Positions 51,695-64,000 of a stretch of 64,000 nt of DNA are shown piece by piece. The DNA comes from Octopus sinensis (Eukaryota). A program made the translations under genes and the position numbers. Under the pieces are notes generated by a model, which was given only the letters and a program-made list of their open reading frames with translations, was not told where the DNA came from and did no database searches. The number at the start of each line of letters is the position of its first letter. Positions within the stretch are counted from its first letter, which is position 1. The stretch covers positions 70,370,001 to 70,434,000 of the forward strand of contig NC_042998.1 of assembly GCF_006345805.1 (NCBI RefSeq), given 5' to 3'.

Positions 51695-52439
51695 TTATTA
51701 CTATTATTATTATTATTAAGGTGGCAAGCTGGCAGAATCATTAGCATGCTGGACAAAATGCTTAGTGGCATTTCATCTGTCATCATGTTCTGAGTTCAAA
51801 TTCCACTGAGGTTGACTTTGCTTTTCATCCTTTTGGAGTTGATAAATTAAGTATCAGTTGCATACTGGAGTCGATCTAATCGACTGGCCCCCTCTCCCAA
51901 AATTTCAGGCCTAGAGTAGAAAAGATTATTCATCATCATGCTGGCATGGGTTGGACAGTTCGACTGAGGACTGGCGAGCCAGAGGCTGCATCAGGCTCCA
52001 GTCTGATTTGGCAAAATTTCTACAGCTGGGTGCCCTTCCTAAAAGCACCCTCTACACTCTGAGAGTGTAGTGGGCTTTTATATGCCAGTCAGGCAGTTCT
52101 GGCAACGATCATGCTCAAAAGGTGTTTTTATGTGCTACCTGCATGGGAGCCAGTCCGGCAGCACTGGCAACGACCACTCTCAAATGTTGTTTTTCACATG
52201 CCACCAGCACATGTGCCTGGTGAGCTAGCAGAATCATTAGCATGCCAGACAAAATGTTTAGTGGCATTTTGTCTGTCTTTATGTTCTGAGTTCAAATTCC
52301 ACTGAGATCGACCTTGCTGATAAAATAAGTATCAGTTGAACACTGGGGTCTATCCCATTTCTTTGTAAAATATTACCTGGTGCACAATACATTGTTAATT
52401 ACTTAAGTTCTGAGATTTTAGCCAGACTGTTGGAATCTA

Positions 52440-52588
52440 CACCGAGTGTGGTAAGAATGTTGCTTCCAAACCACATGGATACAGGCTCAGTTTCAGTGTC
52501 ACACCTTGGGCATTTGTCTTCTACTATCGCCTCGGGCTGACCAAAACTTTGTGAGTGGATTTGCTAGACAGAAACTGAAAGAAGCCCA

Positions 52589-52646
<58 letters not shown>

Positions 52647-52862
52647 ATGTGTGCATGTCTTTGTGTCTCTGTCCTCCACCACTACTTGACAACCAATGTT
52701 GGTGTGTTTATGTTCCTGTGACTTAGGAGTTTGGCAAAAGTGATGGATTGAATAATTACTAGACTTAAAAAACTAAATACTGTGGTTGATTTATTCACCT
52801 AAAAGTTCTTCAAGGTGGTGCCCCAGGATGGCCACAGTCCAATGACTGAAACAAGTAAAAAA
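52440..52862 (+). mobile_element. SINE family A. Further copies or partials at about 300-700, 6570-6720(-), 25320-25490, 29150-29340(-), 30120-30290(-), 57985-58450(-), 63160-63700
   Basis: Shared accttgggca..tgtcttctactat...tgagtggattt...aaactgaaagaagccc text. Confidence 0.8.
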
Positions 52863-53699
52863 TAGTAGGTAAAACAAGATGAATCAATGAGAGATCTTCT
52901 ATGTTAGGAAAAACAGCCAAATCTCCTTCAGATAGCACCCAGCTATATTTAAAAGGAAGAACACATTACATATTATAGTACCTATCTGGAAGCAGAAGTG
53001 GAATGGTCCTCTACTTGGAGTATAGGGCTTACCTGTGAAAAAATAACAAGACAGTACCATTTTGTCAAACTGGGACAGATGCAATACAATTCAGTCCAAT
53101 ATTGTTTCTCAACATGGAATACCTTAACTCCTACTTGTCCATTGTATCATAAATAACCCTCACTTACTACAAATAGTTTACTTCACTCATTTTAATTACC
53201 TTGCGCAGTTGATAAATATACCTTACACCTGTACATATGCCACACATCATAAATATACTTCATATACATGATAAATTCATTTCACACATCATAAATTCAC
53301 TTCACATAATATGTATCCATCATACATCATAATTACCTCACCCATGCCATAAATATACCTAATCCATCATAAATACATATCTCACTAGTCATAAATCATA
53401 CATCAGCTCCAAACTAAAGATTTGATGAACAACTCAACAAAACATTAGTCATTTCTCAGCATTTTAAGATGTCACATGATTCAGAGATTTCAAAAGACAA
53501 AGTGTTCACAATATATTGATATAAAACGAAGCACAGTAGCCTGGTGTTATCTTCTGTCTGACTGGCCCCGGCCAAACCATCCAAACCATGCCAGCATGGA
53601 AGGTGGACATTAAACGATGACAATGTTGAGAACCAAACAATCTGACATCACAATAATTATTTCATATATAGTATATTATTTCACTTTAAGGGGCTTCTT

Positions 53700-53925
53700 T
53701 CCTCTATCATGGTCAGAGATCATTCCGTTTGGATACTCTCATATTTTCCTTTTGGGGAAAGGGAGAAAGGAGCAGTACCCATGATATTTGCAGCCCTCTG
53801 TGTTTTGTTAGCTTGATGCCCTTAATGTGCCTTTTAAACTGTTGTGAGTCAGCACCTGCAGGGAAGAGATTCCAGTGGACCAATGTTCTGGAGAGATTGG
53901 ACTGGGCATAGAGGGGCAGAAACAA
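53700..53925 (-). mobile_element. L2/Jockey-like LINE 3' end
   Basis: YAQSNLSRTLVHWNLFPAGADSQQFKRHIKGIKL resembles Y..SF..RT..LWN.LP...FP...D.Q.FK. Confidence 0.55.
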
Positions 53926-54443
53926 CAACAACTACTACTGCTGCTGTTGCTACATAGTAAACAACTTCAACATCACAAATTAGACATCAATAACTATCCC
54001 TCTTTTACAATAAAGAAGTTAGCGTTAACATATTTGAGGTAGTAAAAATTAAAAGTACTAAACAAATAATCATGTGGCACTAAAAAAAAAAAAAAAAGAA
54101 TCAGAAGTCCTTTCCAATCAATAAGGTTGGTTTCTTGGATTCTGTGGTGTATATATATATCTTCCTGGATAAGACCCCAGATTATCACAAAATTTTTGCT
54201 GTTTGTGTGAACTTGAACAATGTGAAATGAAGTGTTTTGCTCAAGAGTACAATACATTTCCTGGTCCAGGAATCAAAACCACAACCTTATGATCATGAGT
54301 CCAGCACCCTAACCATCAAGCCGTGTACCTCCACAATCATGTGGTCTGGCTGAGTTCAAATCCTGGTGCAATCAACATTAGCTTTTATCTCTCCAGAGTC
54401 CATAGAATTAAGTACTGGTCAAGTAGTGGTGTCAGTGTTATTG

Positions 54444-54671
54444 ATCAACCCTTTAGCATTCAAACCAGCCATATTTGGCCATATTATTCTACCTATTCTA
54501 AGTTCAAACTGGTCTAATCCAGCCTGTCACACCTACCCTACATCGTTATTCTTAAAATAACAATCACATTATCGAAATTTTGAAGCTACAAGATAATGCA
54601 TGATTAATTCAAAACAATGTGAATAAATAAGCATTACATTTGACAGATTGATCTGAATGCTAAAGGGTTAA
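54444..54671. mobile_element. piggyBac-type MITE (second family); a partial copy lies at about 39910-39998
   Basis: tcaa-ccctttagcattca ... tgaatgctaaaggg-ttaa. Confidence 0.7.
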
Positions 54672-56635
54672 AGCCTTCCTGCAAAACTGCAGGCCTTGTG
54701 CCAACATTAGAAACCCTTATTACAGTAAATATGGGAGATAACTCCAAACATGATTTGGTGTTATTAGACCTCCTTAGCAAGCTGTACTCTTTAGTATGCT
54801 TACCTGAAATTGTCTGTTGTTCTTGCTGGAAGAATTAGAATAATATTAGTCATGGACTCTGCTGAAAGTACCCTAGGGTACACCAGATGGTAGCATTAAA
54901 TCAAGAGATGGATTGAGGGTACCACCCATACATAATAAGAACAGTGCCTCTATCAGACTTTTACACAGGTTTGTCTATCAAATTCTACTCACAAGCCTTG
55001 AACAAAAGACTTTTGAACAAAGTGCCAAATGGTGGAATTGAACTTGAAACCATGTAGCTGCAAAGTGAAATTGCTTACCACACCTACATCAGCGGGCTTG
55101 AAAAAGCTATGAATAGTGTAACTCTTCTGGAAGTAATTAATACAAAATGCATAAAAATGGAAAATCCACCCCCTCCAAATACCTAGCAGTATTTGTATGT
55201 CACCTTTAGTACAGAGGTGGGGCATGCCAGCCACTACACTGCTACACCAACCTACTACATTTTATTTGTTTTGTTATTGAAACAAGTTTATTTCTACAGC
55301 CTCTTTTATTCATCAATTGTCATTCATTGCCCCTCGCTACCTCACCTCTGTCTCACCTCCTCTGCCTCATATCTCTCCACCCCCATCTATCTCCACCACT
55401 TCCCTACCAACACACTTTACCAACTCTCACCCATCACTTCTACCCACCACCACCACCACCTCCACTACCACCACAATCATCATATCTTTAACTGTTGTTG
55501 CTAGGTAACTCAGAACTGACCAAGCAGAATCATTCATATATTTGTCTCTTCTCCTCTCTTTCACAACCACCTCTCACCTCTTCTAATCTTCTCCCTTTCC
55601 CTCCCTCTCTTTCTCTTTATGTGCATGTGTGTGTGTGTACATGTGCGTGTGTGTATGCATGTGTCTCCAGTGGCCACTGCATCCACCTTGCCTGTCTTTC
55701 TCCCTCTCAACCAGTTGTTGATATAGGCCATTCTTAAAACACACAATAGGGACAGTGTATGTATGGTGATAATCAGGGTCAGAAGCGGGGGGGGGGAGAA
55801 GGGACTTTCAAGTGCCCTACCCACCCTGTATAAAACACACACACACACACATACTCTCAGACACTAACTGGGAAAAAAGTGACTACAAACACACATACAC
55901 ACACACGCACATGTATGTAGTTACATATGCATCAGTGAATGTGATGGTGTTTATGCACACATACATGCAGGCTCATACATGCATGTACACCTGTACACAT
56001 ACACACGCAGTTTTGTTTACATACTTGTCAGAGGTGGTGGATGGCGGAAGAGGAGTGGGGAATTAGCTACAACAGTGTACACATGTTGACATGAATGGCT
56101 ATTGACAGCAGCGTCACATGATCTGAGTATACATGCAAATTGCATGCACCCCCATCCACTCATATATACATGTGTGTAGATACAAAGACATATATGTGTG
56201 TGTGTGTGTTTGTGTATGAATATGTGTACGTATATATATATATATATATATATATGCATATCTATCTATACATTCATAGATACATACATACATATATCAT
56301 TATCATCATTGTTTAATGTCCGTTTTCCATGCTGATATGGGTTGAATGGTTTGACTGAGGTCTGTAAAACCAGCAGCTGTACAGGCTCCAGTCTGATCTG
56401 GCAATGTTTCTACAGCTGGATGCCCTTCCTAATGCCAACCACTCAAAGAGTGACTGGGTGCTTTTTATGTGCCACTGGCACAGGAGATATTCAGGCGGCC
56501 CTGGCATTGATTATGTTAGGATGGTGCTTTTTATGTGCACGGGAGTCAGTCAGAGGGCGCTGGTATCAGCCACATTTGGATGGTGCTTTTTACATGCCAC
56601 TGGCATGGGAGCCAGTCAGGCAGCCCTGGCATTGA

Positions 56636-56696
<61 letters not shown>

Positions 56697-56702
<6 letters not shown>

Positions 56703-57005
56703 ATTTAGGGAAACCACTAGGTGGATAACCATACGCTAGAAGATCACATACGATCTAACTACAAAGAAAAAGTGTTCTCCAGAGAAAATTCAGCAAACCC
56801 CCGAACATAATCGGGCAAGACAGATGAAAATTAAATAAAAATCAAGAATTAATCATATACCGGTTTCGTCGATTAACGAATAAATTACTTACGTAGAACT
56901 CCTTAGTACGATCATTCCACTTTCAGTTTTTTCTTTATAGTTAGATCATATGTGACCTTCTTCTAGCATATGGTTATCCACCTAGTGGTTTCCCTAAATA
57001 TACAC
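56697..57005. repeat. Foldback element: about 75-bp inverted arms around a ~155-bp loop
   Basis: gtatttagggaaaccactaggtggataaccata... / ...tatggttatccacctagtggtttccctaaatatac. Confidence 0.9.
56851..56913 (-). ncRNA. Hammerhead motif (G5A) in the loop of a foldback element
   Basis: Minus: gatcgta-CTAAGGA-gtt...gac-GAA-ACCGGT-A-tatgatt. Palindromic ACCGGT stem III, 7-bp stem I with wobbles. Confidence 0.55.
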
Positions 57006-57234
57006 ATGTATTGAAATTTTTTCTGATTTTTCAGTATAGTTAGTTATGATTTTATTCAACATATTCCGCTCTCAGATTCACACACTTACAGCAGCAGTCC
57101 TTCAGTTTTTCTGAGCCCTGCAAAAGAACTCGGAAGGTTGGGCCTCCAACCAGGCTTTTGTTGATACCTTTAAAGCCAGGAACTTTTCATTTGCACACTC
57201 TCATATCTGCCTGTCTCTCTGTCTCTCTCTCGAT

Positions 57235-57277
<43 letters not shown>

Positions 57278-58258
57278 AGGTTTGGAGATGATGTACAGGT
57301 ATTATATATTAGAAGAAATGAGGTAATCAGAAGATCGGATGGTTCATATTTATAGATATTTATTTATATATTACATTTTTTACATATATATATCATATCA
57401 TTCGGATTATTACCGCTTTCTCCCATTCCAGTGGGGTTTTCAAATCAAATCAATTCCTTTGTGGGGAATTTGGTCATTTTATAGAGTTTCGTAGTAGTGA
57501 GGAGGAACAAGATAGTATAAGAGGGTGAGGTGGGTGAGGAGGAAGTGAGAGAGAGAGAACATGTGTGTATATATATGTATATATATATATAAATATATAC
57601 ATATATACATATTTGTTCATTTTATTCTTGCTTTTCAATGCCAACATGGGTTAGGTGAATACATGCAAATACATCGTAAACATAAAAGGCCATGATGCAT
57701 TGTTTTGCAGCCTTACCTGTTTTTCCAGTAAGGTATTCTTTATTTCACGTGCCTTTTGAAAATGCAAACCCAGTGGACAATTTGTTGACAGAGAATTACC
57801 TGCAGACTTCACTGTTTGGAGTTTTGCTTTTTCCATTTTCTCTCCTGCTCCAGAGAATGTAAACATTCACAATAACACTAATACAAAAGATGCGCGCACA
57901 CACACATACACATGCACGCACTCATTCATACATCCAATCATTTATAGACGTGTGTGTGTGTGTAGTTTCGTACAGTTTTTATTCTTCTTTTTGCTTGTTC
58001 CGGTCATTTTGACTGCTGCCTTGCTAGAGCAATGCCTTTAGTCAAGCAAATTGAACCCAGGACTTATTCTTTGTCAGACTAGTACTTATTCTATTGGATT
58101 TCTTTTTGTCGAACTGCTAAGTTACAGGGATGTAAATGCACCAGCATTGGTTGTCAAGCGATGTTGGTGGGGACAAACACAGACACACAAACATATACAC
58201 ACACACGCACATATATAGATATGAAACTGAAAGAAGCCCATCATACATACATACATGC

Positions 58259-58304
<46 letters not shown>

Positions 58305-58819
58305 CAGGCTTCTTTCAGTTTCCGTCCACCAAATCCACTCACAAGGCTTTGGTCAGCCCAAGGCTATAGTAGAAGACACTTGCCCAAGGTGCCACGCAGT
58401 GGGACTGAACCTGAAGCCACATAGTTGAGAAGCAAATTTAATCACACACTCATGCCTGTGTCTCCCCCTTTTCTCTCTCTGTCTGTATGGAGGTGGGATG
58501 GCTGAGTTCCTCAACAGAGGCAATGACCAAGATCTTTGGCATTATGTTGTGCTTGAGAAGAAGACCCATCAAATCAAGCAAAATTGCAGTCATGGTGTCA
58601 TGCAAATGGCACCTGTGCTGGTGGCACGTAAAAGTCCCCATTACACTCTCAGAGTGATTGGTTTTAGGAAGGGCATCCAGCCATAGAAGACCATGCCAAA
58701 TCAGCATGTCAGCCCAATCAAACCGTCCAACCCATGCCAGCATGGACAATGGATGCTAAATGATGATAGTGAAAATGGTGACGACGATGATAATATATAT
58801 ATATATCATCATCATCATC

Positions 58820-59355
58820 ATCGTCGTTTAACGTCCGTTCTCCATGCTAGCATGGGTTGGACGGTTCGACCGGGGTTCTGGGAAGCCAGAAGGCTGCACC
58901 AGGCTCCAGTCTAATTTGGCAATGTTTCTACAGCTGGATGCCCTTCCTAACGCCAACCACTCCGTGAGTGTAGTGGGTGCTTTTTACGTGCCACCTGCAC
59001 AGGTGCCAGGCGGGGCTGGCAACGGCCACGGTCAGATTGGTGTATTTTATGTGCCACCGGCACGGAAGCCAGTCGAGGCGGTGCTGGCATCGGCCACGAG
59101 TCGGATAGTGCTTTTTACGTACCACCAGACCAGGGATCCTGGCTGTTCAATTCGATTTCGATTTCGCTTGCCCCAACATGTCTTCACAAGCAAAGGGGGT
59201 TGGCAAGGGTGCCTGTCGTACGGTCGCATTGGAGTATTTTACGTGCCACGGCCACGAGTCGGATAGTGCTTTACGTACCACCAGACCAGGGATACTGGCT
59301 GGTTCAATTCGATTTCGATTTCGCTTGCCCCAACATGTCTTCACAAGCAAAGGGG
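58820..59355 (-). mobile_element. Young RTE 3'UTR copy (CpG-rich) with an internal duplication
   Basis: Begins cgtttaacgtccgttctccatgctagcatgggttggacgg; similar to 46010-46530; CpGs retained. Confidence 0.75.
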
Positions 59356-59494
59356 GTTATATATATATGTGTGTGTGTGTATAAAATTAATATAAACAGC
59401 AGTTTGCAATGTTTCACCAAAAAGGACAATTGTCACTAAATGTGACAGGGGTGTTACGAAACACCTACATTGCTAGAAATAAGAGCTAAACCCC

Positions 59495-59915
59495 TCTAAT
59501 GCTATGGTGAATGGTAGCGAAATATGAGCTACAACAAAGAGAGAAGAACAGAGATTGGTTACGGCTCAAAGAGCCACGGAGAGATCAATGCTTAGAATCT
59601 TGTTGAGAGAGAACATCAGTAGCGAGGTCATCAGAGAGAAGTCCAGTGTGAGGGATATATGCACGCAGCAAGTTTAGATGGGCTGGACACATCGCCCGGC
59701 TCACTGATAATCAGTGGACCTGCGCAGTAATCGAGTGGTACCCGCTCGAGTGGAAACGACCACTCTGAAGGCCTCCACGATGGTGGAGTTACGATTTCAG
59801 GAGGGCGATTGGGATCACGTGGATGAGAAAGGCGTGATCCAGAGAGGAATGGACAGTGTACTGTGACCAGCGGTGTCAAATGGACGCCCGATGGACTGGT
59901 CAGTCAAGGTGATCA
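59495..59915 (+). mobile_element. RTE-1-type LINE 3' end (a second RTE family)
   Basis: AMVNGSEI*ATTKREEQRLVTAQRATERSML.../KFRWAGHIARLTDNQWT..VIEWYP...RP..RPPRWW. Confidence 0.8.
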
Positions 59916-60022
59916 AGGTGATATATATATATATATAAAACCCATGCCAGCATGGAAGGTGGACATTAAATGATGATGATGATGATGATATATATGTATA
60001 TAATTATAATGTGTATGAATGA

Positions 60023-60440
60023 AGACAGTTGCATCAAGAGGTGCCAATCTGTAATTGTAGAGGGAACATGTTGAAGGGGTAGGCCCAGGAAGGCAGGGGA
60101 CAAAGTGGTGAAAAAGGATCTACAGACATTGGGACTCATAGAGGGGATGACAAGACTAAGACTTCTGGTGGTTTGGAAAGACAGGTCAAGCTAGGTAAAA
60201 GCATGATTACCCCTGCATACAGCCTCACCAACTGAGCATCCCTAATCTTGTGGGTTCGTAGGTGCTGGTGCCATGTTAAAATCACCCATGCCCAGTACAG
60301 AGTGTACTGGGTGCTGTGTAAAAGCACACAATACATTCTGAAAAGTGGTTTGTGCTAGGAAGGGCATCCAACAGTAGAAACCATACCAAAATAGACATGG
60401 AGCCTGACCAGCCCTTCAGCTACTCAGCTCCTTGGGCCTT
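60023..60440 (+). mobile_element. Decayed RTE LINE 3' end (same family as 45997-47187)
   Basis: DSCIKRCQSVIVEGTC*RGRPRK...KKDLQTLGL, followed by 3'UTR-like sequence. Confidence 0.7.
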
Positions 60441-61589
60441 CTCAATGCTGTGTACTCACAGCCAGCCATATACAAATTGTTGCATTCATTTTATAAGAAA
60501 CAGTGAATAAGACATTCACTGGTATTGTAAAATGAGTGGAGTCAAAACTGTTGTAATAGATATTTGCAGATGCAAGGAGAGGACAATAGATCAGTGGGTG
60601 CAATCTATATTATGTATAGTTAATTTCTGTCTGTGTATGTGTGTAGTAGTAGTAGCTGTAATAGGCATGCTATTCACTATTCCTGAGTAAGTCTCTAGAG
60701 CAGAGGTAACTTATGTATGTAATTAAAGATGCCTCATTTGGATTATATATTTAGAGGTATATAATTATTTTGTTTAATTAGAATTTTATCATTTGGACTT
60801 TATATTTCGATATATGTAATCAATTTGGATAATCAAATATTTATTATTTGGGCTAGTAATAAGAAATATATAATTGGGATATTCTATTTAGAAATATGTA
60901 GATAAGATGTTTAATTACATATTAGTAATTAAGACTAACACTATAGAAATGAACTAAACTATTACCAAAGTGGAAAAGAATTAATCATCTGCTTTTTATC
61001 TTCTTAATTGCTGATGCGTATATTCTCTCTTGTAAGATGGTAAATATTTTAAGAAAGTGATTAGAGTTTTGCTGAGAGTATATCCATCTTAATCCTTATG
61101 TGCTCAGGAATAGGCAAAGAATAAAATGATTTATAGCTCTAACTTTCAATCTCTACTTCTAACCAAACAATACTGATATCATCATGTTGTAGAAATCTCC
61201 AAGACTCACGTTGTTAAATATTTAAAATTGAAGGTTCTAATAGCTGATAAGGTATTTTATAGCTGGAAATGGCAAAGCTGATTAAACTGCATCTGCAACT
61301 TTTAATTAACCATCTACAATTAATATCATTAACCTAATCAAAAAATCTCATTCATTTGACCAATCTAATTTATAAAGCTGACCTTGACTCATTGAGTTGG
61401 CATTTTGACTGACCAATCAGGTTTTTATATAACTGATCTTATTTACTCATTAACTTGACATAACTCCTTAACCTGAGTGATTATTCTTGATCTGTCATTA
61501 ACCTGTGTAATCAGTCTTTTTAATCTTGTTAATCTAACTAATCATTTTAATCTATTTCAACTGATAAATTTTCTCTTTCTGCACCTCAG

Positions 61590-61621
61590 GTGATTTTGTT
61601 GCAACTGACTCAAATCCTTGA
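61590..61621 (+). CDS. Probable terminal coding exon; (G)DFVATDSNP*
   Basis: Strong acceptor ttttctctttctgcacctcag. The phase-1 join gives a short in-frame ending at TGA 61619-61621. All frames close quickly, so it can only be terminal. No clear polyA signal seen nearby. Confidence 0.42.
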
Positions 61622-62020
61622 TAAAATTCCTTAGCTAATTATATTTTCTGAGTAGATGTTTTGGTCATCCAGTTGTCCAGCTTTCCTCAATGTCCTGCCA
61701 CCAAATGTCCCCAACCATTATACATATTTTCTCTTATCACGTCTACATTTCGGAAATAATGTTTTGGTCAGTTGAATGTCTCGCTTCAGTGATTGTAAGC
61801 CACTCTATTCTAATGAAGGACAGTGTTTAATGTATGGACATATGAGATGTGGTCATACCCTCACTTTAGCCCCAACCCTGCTCCCCACAAAAAGCAATCC
61901 AACAGTAGTGGTCAAACACTGAAAGGGATGCAGGGACTTACTTAAACTAGCCCTCTGCTCTCTCTCTCTCATAAACATACACACACACACACTCTCTCAC
62001 ATACACATATACGCATCCAT

Positions 62021-62060
<40 letters not shown>

Positions 62061-62639
62061 TAAATACAGTGTCATTGAGTCTGTTGTTATACATTGTTGT
62101 TGCTGCTGGTATTATTGTCATCTCTGTTCTTGTTGTTGTAATCTTAGATTCTACTGTAGTAGTAGTTGTCGTTGTTGTTGCTAAACTGCTTTTGTTATGC
62201 TGTTGCTTTTGTTGTTGTTGCCATTACTGGTTTCGTTGCTATTGTTGTTGTTATTACTATTGCTGGTGGTGTTGGTGTTCTTCCATTCCATTTCCTCTAT
62301 TTATGTCCTCTCATTACCTTGGGTAATTTAACAGATTGCTTGATGAGAATGCGTCTGCATATATGTCATCTGTGTATGTACGTATATATATATATATATA
62401 TACACATGTGTGTGTGTGGGGGGGTTGCATGTGCACGATTACTTGTGCTTAGAGGTGTATATATTTATGCATTTACATATGTATGAATGTATATATGGGT
62501 AGGTATATGTGTATGTACATGAATATATATGTGTGTGTGTGATAATGTAAATATGTAGGTATGTATGCAGACATTATGTATGTACATGCTTTTGTAAGTA
62601 TGTATGTACATATGTATATATTGAATATGTATGTATATA

Positions 62640-62680
<41 letters not shown>

Positions 62681-62688
62681 CCATCCCT

Positions 62689-62726
<38 letters not shown>

Positions 62727-62734
62727 CCATCCCT

Positions 62735-62768
<34 letters not shown>

Positions 62769-64000
62769 TTATGCATTTGTAGCCATATACATATATGCAT
62801 ACACACATACATTGATATATGCTTCCTACATATACACACAGACATTGCTCCATGCATACAGGCATACCTATGTACAGACAGACAGGCATACATGTCTATG
62901 TATATATGCAGATACATTCATATGTGTATATACACTTGCACATATGTCTGTACATATTTATAGACATTCACATCGACTCAAAATTTCATTGGTAGAATAT
63001 TCCCATCAAAACTTCTGCCAAATGCAGACATAACAGGCATGATATAATTGGTCAAGACTGAAAGACAAAATCATATACTGTTATAGAGGTCAGCTTCCCT
63101 GCAAGTTTTAGCATTTATATTCAGATCGATGGGGAAGGGAATATTTCTGGACAATGCAGGTGAAGCTGTGTGGTAAATGTTTGCTTCCCAACCATGTAGC
63201 TCTGAATTCAGTCCTGCTGCGTGTTACCTTGGGCAAGTGTCTTCTGCTACAGTCCTAGCTTGATCAAAATCTTGTAGGTGGATTTGGAAGATGGAAACCG
63301 AAAGAACCATGTTGTATCACCTTCCCCATCATTTAACGTCCATATTCCATACCAGCATGTGTTGGATGAATTGGCAGGATTTGATGTGTCCAAGGACTAC
63401 ATCAAGCACCAAATGTCTGCTTTGGTATGTTTTATGGCTGGATGCCCTTCCCCAAAATAGAATGTGTGTGTGTATGTGTATGTGTGTATATATATGTGTG
63501 TGTGTCTATTGACATTGTGTGATAGTTATAAACAAGTATCTCTGTCATACAAGCAGTGTCATTTATTTCTGACATTCCTCAAGAACATGTCTGGTCATGG
63601 GAAAATATTACCTTTCTTGGAAACAGGGAAAATGTATAGACCACAGAATCTGATAAATCAGCCTGAAAAACCTTTTGGCTGGGTTATGTAATAGCCAATT
63701 TACATAAAAAGCTTTGAATTGCCGAAGTTTTCAAAAAACAAAATATCAAATTATCTTAAAGATAGGTGAACTAGTTTGCATCCCCCAAATACACTCTGTT
63801 GGTCATAGAGTGAAAATTTGTAAAATATTCCAGGGATTCTCCATCTCAGGTTTCTAGACTTAAGTCATGCACACAACCACATATACAGATGGAATGTACA
63901 TGCAGCCACATACATACTTAAACAGTTACGAAGCACTCACATTAGTGCTCTTAAGTGGTGCACAACCACCAACCAATTCAAATATGCATAAGCCTCAAGA

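Noticed and set aside
57853-57900. Very strong + polypyrimidine tract and AG at 57852
   Set aside because: It runs into (CA)n with no donor; probably a decoy site.

Overview
AT-rich, microsatellite-saturated eukaryotic genomic DNA. The SINE, LINE and microsatellite make-up matches my recollection of octopus (cephalopod) genomes; this is inference, not a database result. Most of the window is intron or intergenic sequence: three tRNA-derived SINE families, truncated RTE, CR1, L2/Jockey and Penelope retroelement remnants, Tc1/mariner, hAT and piggyBac-type MITEs, and many simple repeats. Nearly all ORFs in the supplied track are translations of microsatellites or decayed elements. The best gene signal is a + strand chain of small, phase-compatible exons with strong splice sites: 32348-32443, 37507-37571, 47586-47638 and a probable terminal exon at 61590-61621. 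They encode a Pro/Ser-rich, Tyr-motif C-terminal tail (SKSLSPVRNVQSPTLYGYMPRGTPPPLPACPPPSSSHQERCAELEKHLKGVHLRMDNQSGNYCANYISLDGGDFVATDSNP*); I do not recognise the gene. The most striking unexplained structure is a set of about ten minimal type I hammerhead-ribozyme motifs from several sequence families. They sit in foldback or inverted-repeat elements beside or within microsatellites. Two loci are head-to-head double-hammerhead palindromes with one ribozyme motif per strand (11901-12158, 24159-24291). Repeat boundaries are approximate, read by eye.
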